The notes beneath the pieces are model-generated. The model worked only from the letters and a program-made list of their open reading frames with translations. It had not been told where the DNA came from and did no database searches. Both the position numbers and the translations under genes were made by a program. Positions 1-11,005 of a stretch of DNA of 64,000 bases are shown here, piece by piece (the stretch's first letter is position 1; every line of letters begins with the position of its first letter). The DNA comes from Armatimonadota bacterium (GTDB taxonomy: Bacteria; Armatimonadota; UBA5829; DTLH01), in the NCBI GenBank assembly GCA_038207085.1, contig JBBRAE010000001.1, forward strand, positions 32,001-96,000, in the 5' to 3' direction.

Positions 1-36
1 AGCATAACTGCCCTGCGACCAAATAATACCTTTGAC

Positions 37-1393
<1,357 letters not shown>

Positions 1394-1415
1394 GGCATTC
1401 ACCTCTAGTGTTGGG

Positions 1416-1916
1416 CTAAGGCGTTCTCGCGCCTCTGCCCATAGCGATCTTGCCCGTTCGGACCATCTCCTGGATTCCGTAGGGCGAAAGCAGGTTCTCA
1501 AGTGCGTCCACCTTCGCGCCGCTTCCGGTCACTTCAACGGTGAAAGTCTTGTCGCTGATGTCAATGATCTTCGCGCGGAAGACATCGACCACCTGCATTA
1601 TCTCAGAGCGGTTCTTGTTATCTGCGTTCAGCTTGATCATAGCAAGCTCGCGCTCGACAAAGATCATGTCCGTGTAGTCGATGACCTTGATCACTTCGAT
1701 CAGCTTGTTCAGCTGCTTGGTGATCTGTTCAAGCACCTTGTCATCTCCCGTTACGACGATGGTCATGCGCGATACTGACGGGTCATCGGTGATGCTTACC
1801 GCGAGCGACTCGATGTTGAACCCTCTGCGTGCGAAAAGCCCCGAAACTCGGGCAAGAACGCCGGGTCGGTTCTCAACGAGCGCCGTTATCGTGTGTTGCA
1901 TAGTCTGCTTTGACAT
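1416..1916 (-). CDS. ilvN: acetolactate synthase small (regulatory) subunit
   Basis: ACT domain ENRPGVLARVSGLFARRGFNIESL; follows ilvB. Confidence 0.97.
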   Translation of the reverse strand: MSKQTMQHTITALVENRPGVLARVSGLFARRGFNIESLAVSITDDPSVSRMTIVVTGDDKVLEQITKQLNKLIEVIKVIDYTDMIFVERELAMIKLNADNKNRSEIMQVVDVFRAKIIDISDKTFTVEVTGSGAKVDALENLLSPYGIQEMVRTGKIAMGRGARTP

Positions 1917-3604
1917 TATTTGCCCTCACGTCTGCCGGGGACCATCATCTCTTCGACGCTCTGTCCGGCTGGGATCATTGGGTATACGTTCTCTTCCCGT
2001 GCTATTCGGAAATCAAGAATTGTAGGCCTGTCAGTTACGTTCATTGCCTTGTCAAGCGCATCTCTGACGTCCTCGGCTCGGTCAACTCTTATGCCTACGC
2101 AGTGGTAGGCCTCCGCAAGCTTGACGAAGTCAGGCTGCGCGGTAATATCGACGCCTGAATATCGGCCATTCCAGAACAGCTCCTGCCACTGCCGGACCAT
2201 ACCCAGATATTGGTTGTTCATGATCGCGATCTTGATCGGCAGCTTGTGCACCATCGCCGGAATCAGTTCCTGGATGTTCATCTGGATGCTGCCGTCGCCC
2301 GCGATGTCGAACACGGCCCTGTCCGGCTGTGCTATCTGAGCGCCAATCGCCGCCGGCATACCGAACCCCATAGTGCCGAGTCCGCCGGAGCTTATGAACT
2401 GCCTGGCATACTTGCACTTGAAGAACTGAGCCGCCCACATCTGGTGCTGCCCGACTTCGGTTACGCAGATGGCGTCGCCGTTGGTGATTTCTGAAATCTG
2501 CTCGATGATATACTGCGGGTAGAGGCCGCCGTCATCGGGGTAGTGGAGCGGGAACTTATTTCTCCATTCCATTACCTGCCGGTTCCATTCGGTCTCTTGT
2601 CTTGGCTGAACGTGCTTCAGAAGCTCAGAGAGGACGCTCTTGCAGTCGCCAACGATCGGGATATCGACGCGAACGGTCTTGCCGATCTCGGCAGGGTCGA
2701 CGTCAATATGAATGATCTTGGCCTTCTTTGCAAACGCTTCGAGCTTGCCTGTGACGCGGTCATCGAACCTCGCGCCGACCGCGATCAACAGGTCGCAGTT
2801 GGCTACAGCGTGGTTCGCATAGGCGGTGCCGTGCATCCCGAGCATTCCAAGAGAGTGGGGGTGCATCTCAGAGATCGCGCCCTTGCCAAGAAGAGTCGTC
2901 GCCACAAGAATATGTGTGCGCTCCGAGAGTTCAAGAATCTCAGCGCTCGCGTTTGCCGAAATTACACCGCCTCCGACGTAGAGCACGGGTCTCTCAGCTG
3001 CGGCGATAGCCTTGGCGGCTTTCGCGATCTGTAGAGGGTGCCCCGCAACCGTAGGTTTGTAAGATCGAAGATCAACCGAGTCAACCGGCTTGTAGTCCAG
3101 CGTTCCGAGCGACACGTCCATCGGGATGTCGATCAACACAGGGCCGGGCCTGCCGGTGCTCGCGATATGGAACGCTTCGGCGATGACCTGAGGTATCTCA
3201 TCAGCTCGCTTGATGAGGTAGTTGTGTTTGGTGATCGGCATTGTGATGCCGGTTATATCGGCCTCCTGAAAGGAGTCCTTGCCAAGCGCAGTCGTTTTCA
3301 CCTGGCCGGTGATGGCTACCATCGGAACCGAGTCCATGTATGCGTTTGCGATGCCGGTGACGAGGTTCGTCGCGCCGGGTCCTGAGGTCGCAAAACACAC
3401 ACCGACCTTGCCTGAGGCGCGAGCGTAACCGTCAGCGGCATGCGCGCCGCCCTGCTCGTGCCGCATCAGCATGTGCTTGAGGTCTTTACAGTCGTAGAGC
3501 GCATCATAGATAGGAATCATAACGCCCCCGGGGATCCCGAAGATGTTCTCCACACCCTGATGGCAGAGCGACTTTATTAGTGCCTGGGCACCGTTGATCT
3601 TCAC
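1916..3604 (-). CDS. ilvB: acetolactate synthase large subunit
   Basis: RHEQ, TSGPGATN, TPP motif GDGS...NN, GMVRQWQ. Confidence 0.98.
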   Translation of the reverse strand: MKINGAQALIKSLCHQGVENIFGIPGGVMIPIYDALYDCKDLKHMLMRHEQGGAHAADGYARASGKVGVCFATSGPGATNLVTGIANAYMDSVPMVAITGQVKTTALGKDSFQEADITGITMPITKHNYLIKRADEIPQVIAEAFHIASTGRPGPVLIDIPMDVSLGTLDYKPVDSVDLRSYKPTVAGHPLQIAKAAKAIAAAERPVLYVGGGVISANASAEILELSERTHILVATTLLGKGAISEMHPHSLGMLGMHGTAYANHAVANCDLLIAVGARFDDRVTGKLEAFAKKAKIIHIDVDPAEIGKTVRVDIPIVGDCKSVLSELLKHVQPRQETEWNRQVMEWRNKFPLHYPDDGGLYPQYIIEQISEITNGDAICVTEVGQHQMWAAQFFKCKYARQFISSGGLGTMGFGMPAAIGAQIAQPDRAVFDIAGDGSIQMNIQELIPAMVHKLPIKIAIMNNQYLGMVRQWQELFWNGRYSGVDITAQPDFVKLAEAYHCVGIRVDRAEDVRDALDKAMNVTDRPTILDFRIAREENVYPMIPAGQSVEEMMVPGRREGK

Positions 3605-3651
3605 TTACAACTCCTTGGTTAGGTAACAGATAACAGGAACTGGTTCCTGAG

Positions 3652-5328
3652 TTACTTTACAACAGCTCCGGTGTTGGCCGATGACACGAGCCTCGCGTAT
3701 CTTGCAAGGTAGCCGGTCTTGACTGTAGGCTCTGGGGCTGTCCATTCGGCCCTGCGCGCGGCAAGCTCATCGTCCGAGAGGTCTACATTGATCTTCCGAG
3801 CAGGCATATCGATATTTATGATATCGCCTTCCTTGAGAAGACCGATCGGGCCTCCGTTGGCAGCTTCGGGTGAGACGTGGCCGATACTTGCGCCGCGGCT
3901 TGCTCCGGAGAATCTACCATCGGTGATAAGCGCAACGTCTTTTGCCATGCCAAGACCTGCGACGGTCGCGGTCGGCATAAGCATCTCGCGCATGCCGGGT
4001 CCGCCCTTCGGCCCTTCGTTTCGGATGACTATCACGTCGCCTTTGTTTATCTGCCTGGAAGTAAGTGCGGCGATTGCGGCGTCCTCACATTCAAAAACCC
4101 TGGCTGGGCCAGAGAAGACCCACGCTTCGGGATCTACCGCGGACTGTTTGACGACGGCTCCATCGGGTGCAAGGTTGCCAAAGAGCACCGCAAGCCCACC
4201 GGTTTCGTGATAAGGCTTCTCGTCACGAACAACATCGGGCCGCCTGTTGACGACACCTGCAATGTTCTCCCCAACGGTCTTGCCGGTTACAGTCATAACC
4301 GACTGTTCGATCATGCCGCGCTTGGCAAGCGCCGATATAACTACCGATACGCCTCCGGCTTCCTCTAAGTCCTGCATATGGAACCGCAGGCCTGTTTCGG
4401 CGTCGGCAATAGCGGGGCTTAGCGTCACCATATGCGGTGTGCTAGCAGAAATCTTGTTCAAGTCGTCGAGATTCATCTCAACCCCTGCTTCGTATGCGAT
4501 TGCAGGAACGTGAAGCACGGTGTTGGTGGAGCATCCCAGCGCCATATCTACGGTGAGAGCGTTCTGGAAAGCACTCGCGGTCATGATATCCCGCGCCTTG
4601 ATGTCTTTCTCCAGAAGCTCCATCACCTTCATACCTGCGGCTTTGGCGAGCCTGATTCTCGCTGCGTGAACGGCGGGAATAGTGCCGTTGCCGGGTAGCC
4701 CCATGCCGAGCGCTTCGGTCAGGCAGTTCATGGAGTTGGCGGTGAACATACCCGCGCACGATCCGCAACCGGGACAGGCCGACTCTTCCATATCGTGGAG
4801 TTCGTCTTCGCTGATCTTGCCCGAAAGCACAGCGCCCGCGCCCTCAAACATCTGAGTGACTGAGATATCCTGGCCTTTATAGCGACCGGCCATCATCGGG
4901 CCGCCGCTAATGACGATCGTCGGCAGGTTGAGCCTCGCCGCCGCCATCAGCATTCCCGGGATGATCTTGTCGCAGTTCGGGATGAGGACGAGCGCGTCAA
5001 ACGCGTGCGCCATCGCCATGATCTCGATACTGTCGGCGATCAACTCGCGGCTGGCAAGAGAATACTTCATGCCGACGTGGCCCATAGCGATGCCGTCGCA
5101 AACGCCGATGGTATTGAACTCGATCGGTGTGCCACCGGCGATTCTGACTCCGGTCTTAACGGCCTGAGCGATGCGCCCGAGGTCAGCGTGCCCCGGAACG
5201 ATCTCGTTTGCCGAGTTAGCGATACCAATCAATGGTCTTTTCAGCTCTTCATCGGTGTAGCCCATAGCCTTGAACAGCGCACGGTGCGCAGCTCTCTCCA
5301 AGCCATTTTTGACGACGTCACTCCTCAA
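3652..5328 (-). CDS. ilvD: dihydroxy-acid dehydratase
   Basis: [36 protein letters not shown] start with GGAGG RBS. Confidence 0.98.
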   Translation of the reverse strand: MRSDVVKNGLERAAHRALFKAMGYTDEELKRPLIGIANSANEIVPGHADLGRIAQAVKTGVRIAGGTPIEFNTIGVCDGIAMGHVGMKYSLASRELIADSIEIMAMAHAFDALVLIPNCDKIIPGMLMAAARLNLPTIVISGGPMMAGRYKGQDISVTQMFEGAGAVLSGKISEDELHDMEESACPGCGSCAGMFTANSMNCLTEALGMGLPGNGTIPAVHAARIRLAKAAGMKVMELLEKDIKARDIMTASAFQNALTVDMALGCSTNTVLHVPAIAYEAGVEMNLDDLNKISASTPHMVTLSPAIADAETGLRFHMQDLEEAGGVSVVISALAKRGMIEQSVMTVTGKTVGENIAGVVNRRPDVVRDEKPYHETGGLAVLFGNLAPDGAVVKQSAVDPEAWVFSGPARVFECEDAAIAALTSRQINKGDVIVIRNEGPKGGPGMREMLMPTATVAGLGMAKDVALITDGRFSGASRGASIGHVSPEAANGGPIGLLKEGDIINIDMPARKINVDLSDDELAARRAEWTAPEPTVKTGYLARYARLVSSANTGAVVK

Positions 5329-5369
5329 ATCAATGCCTCCTGAAAAAATCGTTCCTAAGCACGAATCCT

Positions 5370-5413
5370 AAATAACAAAATAACCCCTCATCCGTATAAC
5401 GGGACGAGAGGTT
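5370..5413 (-). terminator. T-box intrinsic terminator
   Basis: AACCTCTCGTCC...GGATGAGGGGTT hairpin followed by ATTTTGTTATTT. Confidence 0.85.
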
Positions 5414-5645
5414 TTACTCACGCGGTACCACCCGAATTAGCCCAGCGGCACTGCGCGCATAGACTCACTCTTTTGGCGCGATAACGGCCGCCAGCCGGGA
5501 CCACCTACTGCGCGCGGAACAACAATTTCCGGCTTTTCAGCGTCCAGCTCCGAGGTGAGCTTCGAAAGCAGTCCGCGCACCGCGTCTCAGCCGCTGCGGT
5601 TCTCTGTAACGCCCCTGGCTGCTTCTACTGTCCTCTTCATCGCCT
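5370..5645 (-). ncRNA. T-box riboswitch (Leu specifier CUC) leader of ilv operon
   Basis: Minus strand shows AGTA box, AGAGA, GCTGAGA, specifier loop GAAG-CTC-A (5557-5559), T-box GGGTGGTACCGCG (5421-5433), CGTCCC antiterminator arm and terminator with T-tract. Confidence 0.95.
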
Positions 5646-5665
5646 TTTCACTATACAGTTGAACT

Positions 5666-5695
5666 ATGATAACACGCCAGGAAACCCCTCGTCAA
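5666..5695 (-). promoter_or_regulatory. sigma70-type promoter of ilv leader
   Basis: TTGACG-18-TATCAT with TG extended -10, just upstream of the T-box. Confidence 0.7.
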
Positions 5696-5730
5696 TAGTG
5701 AGAGCGTCCACTTTTAAAGAATGATAAGGA

Positions 5731-7629
5731 TCATTGAAACGAAAGGGTCGCGAAGCGCTCCGGGCGGTGAAAACTGCCATAAGGAACGGACCACGCCAGA
5801 TACTCGACTCTTCCCGTCGTCCACCTGTTCCGGGTGAAGTTTGCAAACCACTTGTCGCCGGGTTTGGGCGCTGTGACGCCGAGAGACGCAAACGGGATCG
5901 CCGCTTCGAGCACCCATCCGCCTGAGTTCTGGGTTGACGCAGTTGTCCAGTCGGGGTTGACGCTCGTGTTGTTGACCTTGGCGTCGAATCGTGCGCCGAG
6001 GGTGTTCGACGATAGCTGGAAATACTCGTGTCGCTTGGCCCAGGGGTCAAGGAAGAGCTCGGCGCTGTCGTCGTAAAACGCCGGCCCGTCGCGCTTGGTG
6101 ACGATTGCCTTGAGTCTCGCCATATCCGGCTCAGATGCTATGTAGACGACATAGAGGCTAGTGTCGTCATAAGCGACTCTTACTTCCGTTGCGACCGGTG
6201 CGGTCTGGCCCATCGCTGTGTAGGAGATCTGCACGCTGGAAGCTGTCAACCACGCGGGGTCGTCGAGTTTGCCGTCGATTACAGGTGCGATCGTTGTTTT
6301 AGCTACAGTCGCCGTTGGCAGCGGCAACACATTGGTTGGGATGACCAGCGGCGGAGGAATCGGTGCTATATAGCCGACAGGCGTTGCACGATACGCAATG
6401 TAGCCGAGCAGCCGCTCTGCGTCATTCAGATAACTAGCCGCAAGCGCAGGGTTCTTCTTAAGATCCTTGTTTGCAAGTTCGAGCAGCGTCTGGACACGCT
6501 GTCCGGGCTTTCTGAAGGGAATCTCAGCGCTGGCTGGATACGGCCCGGAGGAGAGCGCCGTCTGCCATGGCTCTTTGAAGTATACTGAGGCGAAAAGTGT
6601 TGCCCCGTCAGTGTTCATACTGCGGGTGATCTCGATCTGCTCAAGCATTGGGTCTACAGTCTTTTGCGTGTGAAGCCCGATGCCGGGCAGCAGAATCGTG
6701 CGTTCGTCAACGGAGATCTTCTCGCTTGCGACCATCTTTCGGAAATTGTCGGCATCGGCGGTGTAGGCCATGGGTGTGAGAAAGTCGACCCACTTGTTGT
6801 TGACCCAGTGGGGCCAGTTCTGAAGCAGACTCACTCGTGCCGCATCCGGCATTGAGCCTACGGAGGCCGATATCTTGACCTCTGGCCTGATCGCTTTTGC
6901 CTCTCTCGTGAGCTGCTGAACAAACGTGTTGACGAGGTCTTCCCTCCACATGTGCCAATCTACCTCTGCCGGAGATATCGGGTCGATGGTGATCGGGTCG
7001 ATGCCGGACGTGGATTTGTATTTCTCCCTGCAACTGTCGTTATAGCAGTAAGACGTAGGGAACTGGTTCTCAAAGCGTATATAGTCGAGGTTGAGTCCAT
7101 CTACATCGTAGTTCGTGACGATCTCTTTGAACATAGAGAGAAGATACCGGCGCGCCTCAGGGATAGACGGGCAGACCCACAGTCCGCCGTTGGCTGAAAG
7201 TGTCTCTCCCCATTTGTTGACCGCCATCCACTCAGGGTGCTTGGTGAAGATAGGCCCCTTGTTCTGCGCGTAGCCCTGCCTGAATACCCACACCCAGGAA
7301 TGTACCTCCATCCCACGCTTGTGGGCCTCGCGGATCATGGCGGCGAGGGGGTCGTACCCCACGAACTTAGGGTCCTGTTCGTCAAGCTTGCTCGGGTAGA
7401 TCGTGTATCCCCTGCGAACTGTTTCAGGGATAAGTATGTTCAAGTTGGCGTGGGCAAAGCTGTCCACAAATGCCGACATGTCAGTGTCGTTTGTGGGAAT
7501 CGAGTTTGCATCGATCCATATCGCGCGGCCCTCAACTGGCTTTACAACAGGCGAGGCTCCAGCGAAGGCGGTTAGTATTGTCACTATCAGTACGCTCAGT
7601 ATGTATCTCAGAACAGTCTCCTCCGGCAT
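5731..7629 (-). CDS. secreted glycosyl hydrolase-like family 10 (GHL10/DUF187) protein with C-terminal CBM9-like domain
   Basis: Signal peptide; RAIW, AHKRGMEVHSW, YDVDGLNLDYIRF, PMAY motifs; C-terminal PVIDGKLDD..W and EAAIPF; start approximate. Confidence 0.85.
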   Translation of the reverse strand: MPEETVLRYILSVLIVTILTAFAGASPVVKPVEGRAIWIDANSIPTNDTDMSAFVDSFAHANLNILIPETVRRGYTIYPSKLDEQDPKFVGYDPLAAMIREAHKRGMEVHSWVWVFRQGYAQNKGPIFTKHPEWMAVNKWGETLSANGGLWVCPSIPEARRYLLSMFKEIVTNYDVDGLNLDYIRFENQFPTSYCYNDSCREKYKSTSGIDPITIDPISPAEVDWHMWREDLVNTFVQQLTREAKAIRPEVKISASVGSMPDAARVSLLQNWPHWVNNKWVDFLTPMAYTADADNFRKMVASEKISVDERTILLPGIGLHTQKTVDPMLEQIEITRSMNTDGATLFASVYFKEPWQTALSSGPYPASAEIPFRKPGQRVQTLLELANKDLKKNPALAASYLNDAERLLGYIAYRATPVGYIAPIPPPLVIPTNVLPLPTATVAKTTIAPVIDGKLDDPAWLTASSVQISYTAMGQTAPVATEVRVAYDDTSLYVVYIASEPDMARLKAIVTKRDGPAFYDDSAELFLDPWAKRHEYFQLSSNTLGARFDAKVNNTSVNPDWTTASTQNSGGWVLEAAIPFASLGVTAPKPGDKWFANFTRNRWTTGRVEYLAWSVPYGSFHRPERFATLSFQ

Positions 7630-7704
7630 TACCCAGGTATTCTCTACAGTATTATACGACAATCGGTATTCCAATCTCGCAATTTGGCTCCACTTATGGA
7701 AACT

Positions 7705-7732
7705 ATTCTACGTATATGGCCCGCCTTCCTCC
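7705..7732 (-). promoter_or_regulatory. sigmaH-like promoter
   Basis: GGAGGA-N18-GAAT on minus strand upstream of the GHL10 gene. Confidence 0.55.
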
Positions 7733-7808
7733 ACGCCTGTGGATTCGTCGGGCAAAATGGACTTACCCAGCGGGCTCGGTTAACCCACGCGCCGCAACGG
7801 AGGAGTGT

Positions 7809-8702
7809 ATGAGAAGATTTCTGGTATTTGTGATTGTTTCAGTGTGCTTGCTAAGTGGAGACGCAGCAATTGCGAAATCCGTTCAGCTTAGGTTCAAGCA
7901 TGCGGCTGGGCAGATCGATAGATACAAGATACTGATGGAAGTCAACGTAGTTGTGCCGAACATGCCACAGCTTCCCTGTGGGCCACTGAACATGAAGATG
8001 GGCTTTGTCTGGACGCAAAAGGTTCTCGGCATCCTCCCTGACGGCTCCGCCAAAGTCAGGTTCACCTATCAGGATATGAAGCTTGTCGCGTCAGAGAGAA
8101 CCCTTGAGTTCACCAAGAATCATTTAAATGATATGGCTTGGACCGCTATTATTGATCGCGAGGGCAATGTAACGAAAGTTCAGCGAGCAGGAGGCGCGGG
8201 GGTGCACACAGGAAAACAAAACGAAGTAGGGGACGGACTGTGGCTGCTCATTGGTGGGTGCTTTCCAAGAGAATCGATGGAGGTCGGAGACTGTTGGGAC
8301 GCGAACTATCCGATGCCCTGGAAGTCCGGCGAGATCCGAACGGTCTCTCGTCTTGATGCTGCAGCTGTTACGAGGGGCAAGTTCGTCGTTTCAAAAATTA
8401 CACAGTCCACGAGCGGACAACTTGATATCAGCAAGGTACTGGTCGGCCTGGCACAGTTATCTCCCAAGTTTGCAGCGCGCGACCGAGATATGCTGAAGGA
8501 TTTCTCTCAGATAAAGGGTGCAGTGTCCGTGAACGGGTCATCCACACTCTACTTCGCACCTGAACAGGGGCGGATTGTGCAAGCTGACGGCGTGTGCAAC
8601 ATGGCTATGAGAATGACGATGCCGCAATCTATGATAGCGCAGGGAGCGCCGAGCGAGGTTATCGCCAACATGGATGTCAGAGCGCAGATGGTGCGCCTCT
8701 AG
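7809..8702 (+). CDS. secreted hypothetical protein (beta-rich)
   Basis: GGAGGAG RBS, ATG 7809, signal peptide MRRFLVFVIVSVCLL..AIA. Confidence 0.8.
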   Translation: MRRFLVFVIVSVCLLSGDAAIAKSVQLRFKHAAGQIDRYKILMEVNVVVPNMPQLPCGPLNMKMGFVWTQKVLGILPDGSAKVRFTYQDMKLVASERTLEFTKNHLNDMAWTAIIDREGNVTKVQRAGGAGVHTGKQNEVGDGLWLLIGGCFPRESMEVGDCWDANYPMPWKSGEIRTVSRLDAAAVTRGKFVVSKITQSTSGQLDISKVLVGLAQLSPKFAARDRDMLKDFSQIKGAVSVNGSSTLYFAPEQGRIVQADGVCNMAMRMTMPQSMIAQGAPSEVIANMDVRAQMVRL

Positions 8703-8830
8703 CATTTTCGAGGTGTCTAATACCAGTTTTGCCTCCAATAGCTAGAGTCTGGGGCAGGCGACACCGATACTTAGACTGAGGCGGGACATGTTCGCCTGGA
8801 GTTCGCTGTGCCGTTGCAATGGAAGGACTC

Positions 8831-11005
8831 ATGTGTAAGTTGAAGGAGCACGTTTCGCTATTGACTAAGTTTACTGGCATAAAGACAAAAGTTAAGGAAT
8901 CAACTGCGCGGAAGAGACGGTGTCTTTCATCATCTCTCAATTATCTTCCGCTTGTGCTGATGATTCCAATGATAATGTACGCCGTTCGCAGCCATCACGT
9001 GATCACGAGCAGGTTCGACCAGCAGGAGATATCTGAACGTCAAAGGGATATGAAGGTCTGCGTGTCGACCATCGAAAGCGAGCAGCGGCATCTGAGAGAA
9101 GCGTTGAACGATGCTCGTGCGTCTGACAGCATAAGAGACGTGGTGCGTTCGAGCAATCCCGCGGACGCCTCACATGTCCTCGCGAGCAGAATCTCTTCCA
9201 GTGGGTACCTGGTTACTGGCAGCACTGGCAGTGTTCTTGCAATCGCCCGGATGCCTGAAGCTGTGAGACGAACTCTTAGCGCCAGCCCTCAAGTTAAGTC
9301 CGCCATACGCGGAGGGAGCTCAAGCGGAGTCGTTGAGGCAGGCGGACGGGTGTATATGGTAGCCGCGGGTCCCATCATCGGCGCAAAGCAGCAGGGCGCG
9401 GTTGACGGCGCTCTTGTCGTCGTGCGTGCGATGGACTCGGCGGTGCTGACTGAGCTTGGCAAGGTCGCCGAATGCAAGTTTGCTCTGTTTGTTCGAAATC
9501 GGCTTGCAGGATACTCCCAGGGCCTGAAATATGACGCCGTTCCCGCTGCGGACACCGCACGCGTGAAGGACGCGATCACTTCAGAGTCGACTGTCCTCAG
9601 CATAAGCCCTAATGAAAAGCACATTTTTGCATCCCGTGCGCTTGTTGACTGGAACGGCCGCCCGGTCGCAGTTCTGACCACAAGCACTTCAAGAGCGACA
9701 GCGGTTTCAAACCGAAACACGGCAGCGCTTCAGCTTCTCATGCTGATCACAAGCTCACTGCTGCTTGCAGTTCTAGGTATGTTCCAGATGCGGGCCCGTA
9801 TGCTCGCCCGTCACGCGCATGTCGATGAGCTCACAGGGCTCTACAACCATCGCTACATGCAGGAGAGGCTCTCTCAGGAGATGGTGAGGTGTCATCGCTA
9901 TAACAGACTGCTTTCGGTCGCTCTCCTGGACATCGACCACTTCAAGGATATCAACGATGAATACGGCCACCTCGTAGGCGATGAGGCGCTGAAGCACCTC
10001 GCCGAGCAGCTCCAGGAGACGGTGCGTTCCGCTGATGTCGTCGCCCGTTACGGTGGCGAAGAGTTTCTGATTATCATGCCAGAAACTGAGCTTGAGCAGG
10101 CCAAGGCAGTCGCAGAACGCGTCCGTCAGCAGATCGAGGAGAGCAGTTTTGAGGCCAAGATACAAAAGGGCGTCAATACTCCGACAATCAAGACTATGGT
10201 CCGCTTTACCGTCAGCATTGGTGTTTCCACCTTCCCCGATCATGCGAAGAAGGGTGATGAACTCATAATGGCCGCCGATCTTGCGCTATTTGCCGCCAAG
10301 CGAATCTCGCGCAACGCCGTTATGACCTATGATGTGATTGCCGGAGAGAACGCAAGTCAGTGCGAGAACCCGCAAAGCATCCACCTGCGTATGCGGGAGG
10401 GCACGCTTTCGACGATAAGGGCGCTTGCCGCCGCAATCGACGCGCGGGACACTTGGATGAAAGGTCACTCTGAGAAAGTGACGCTCTGTGCGCTTGCGAT
10501 AGCCGAGACCATGGGTTTGCCTGCTGGTGAGATGAATAACCTGCGAACAGCGGGGCTTATGCACGACGTCGGCAGGGTCGTCATCCCCGACTCCATTTTG
10601 AACAAGCCAGGGAAGCTCACCGACAGCGAACGTGAACTGGTCGCACGGCACGCGATGCTTGGCGCCGAGATTCTTTCAGAAGCGCCGCAGCTGTCGCAGG
10701 TGGCGGACATCGTGCGCCATCACCACGAGCAGTTCGACGGTAGAGGATACCCCGACCGGATGACTGGGGAGGAGATTCCATTGCTGTCGCGCATTATCGC
10801 GGTTGCCGACGCCTACGATGCAATGACAAGCGACCGGGCTCATAGAACTGCGTCAAACTCGGCGCAAGTCATGAAGAAGATCTGGCAGTCGTCCGGAACC
10901 CAGTTTGATCCTGAGGTTGTGAAGTCGTTGGATGAACTCGTGGCTTCAGGCAGGCTTGCAGAGATACTCAGTTCGTATCGCAGTGAGCCGCGACTTGCTG
11001 CTTAA
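8831..11005 (+). CDS. membrane sensor diguanylate cyclase / HD-GYP phosphodiesterase
   Basis: Two TM segments flanking a sensor domain; RSADVVARYGGEEF; HDVGR, HHEQFDGRGYP, ADAYDAM. Confidence 0.92.
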   Translation: MCKLKEHVSLLTKFTGIKTKVKESTARKRRCLSSSLNYLPLVLMIPMIMYAVRSHHVITSRFDQQEISERQRDMKVCVSTIESEQRHLREALNDARASDSIRDVVRSSNPADASHVLASRISSSGYLVTGSTGSVLAIARMPEAVRRTLSASPQVKSAIRGGSSSGVVEAGGRVYMVAAGPIIGAKQQGAVDGALVVVRAMDSAVLTELGKVAECKFALFVRNRLAGYSQGLKYDAVPAADTARVKDAITSESTVLSISPNEKHIFASRALVDWNGRPVAVLTTSTSRATAVSNRNTAALQLLMLITSSLLLAVLGMFQMRARMLARHAHVDELTGLYNHRYMQERLSQEMVRCHRYNRLLSVALLDIDHFKDINDEYGHLVGDEALKHLAEQLQETVRSADVVARYGGEEFLIIMPETELEQAKAVAERVRQQIEESSFEAKIQKGVNTPTIKTMVRFTVSIGVSTFPDHAKKGDELIMAADLALFAAKRISRNAVMTYDVIAGENASQCENPQSIHLRMREGTLSTIRALAAAIDARDTWMKGHSEKVTLCALAIAETMGLPAGEMNNLRTAGLMHDVGRVVIPDSILNKPGKLTDSERELVARHAMLGAEILSEAPQLSQVADIVRHHHEQFDGRGYPDRMTGEEIPLLSRIIAVADAYDAMTSDRAHRTASNSAQVMKKIWQSSGTQFDPEVVKSLDELVASGRLAEILSSYRSEPRLAA

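Noticed and set aside
7720..7808. Possible c-di-GMP or other riboswitch (GGGCAAA; anti-SD-like CTTCCTCC)
   Set aside because: It lacks the GEMM tetraloop/receptor architecture, and the CTTCCTCC is explained by the opposite-strand sigmaH-like -35.
7470..7808. N-terminal extension of the 410-aa ORF
   Set aside because: It overlaps the divergent GHL10 gene; the strong RBS and signal peptide place the start at 7809.
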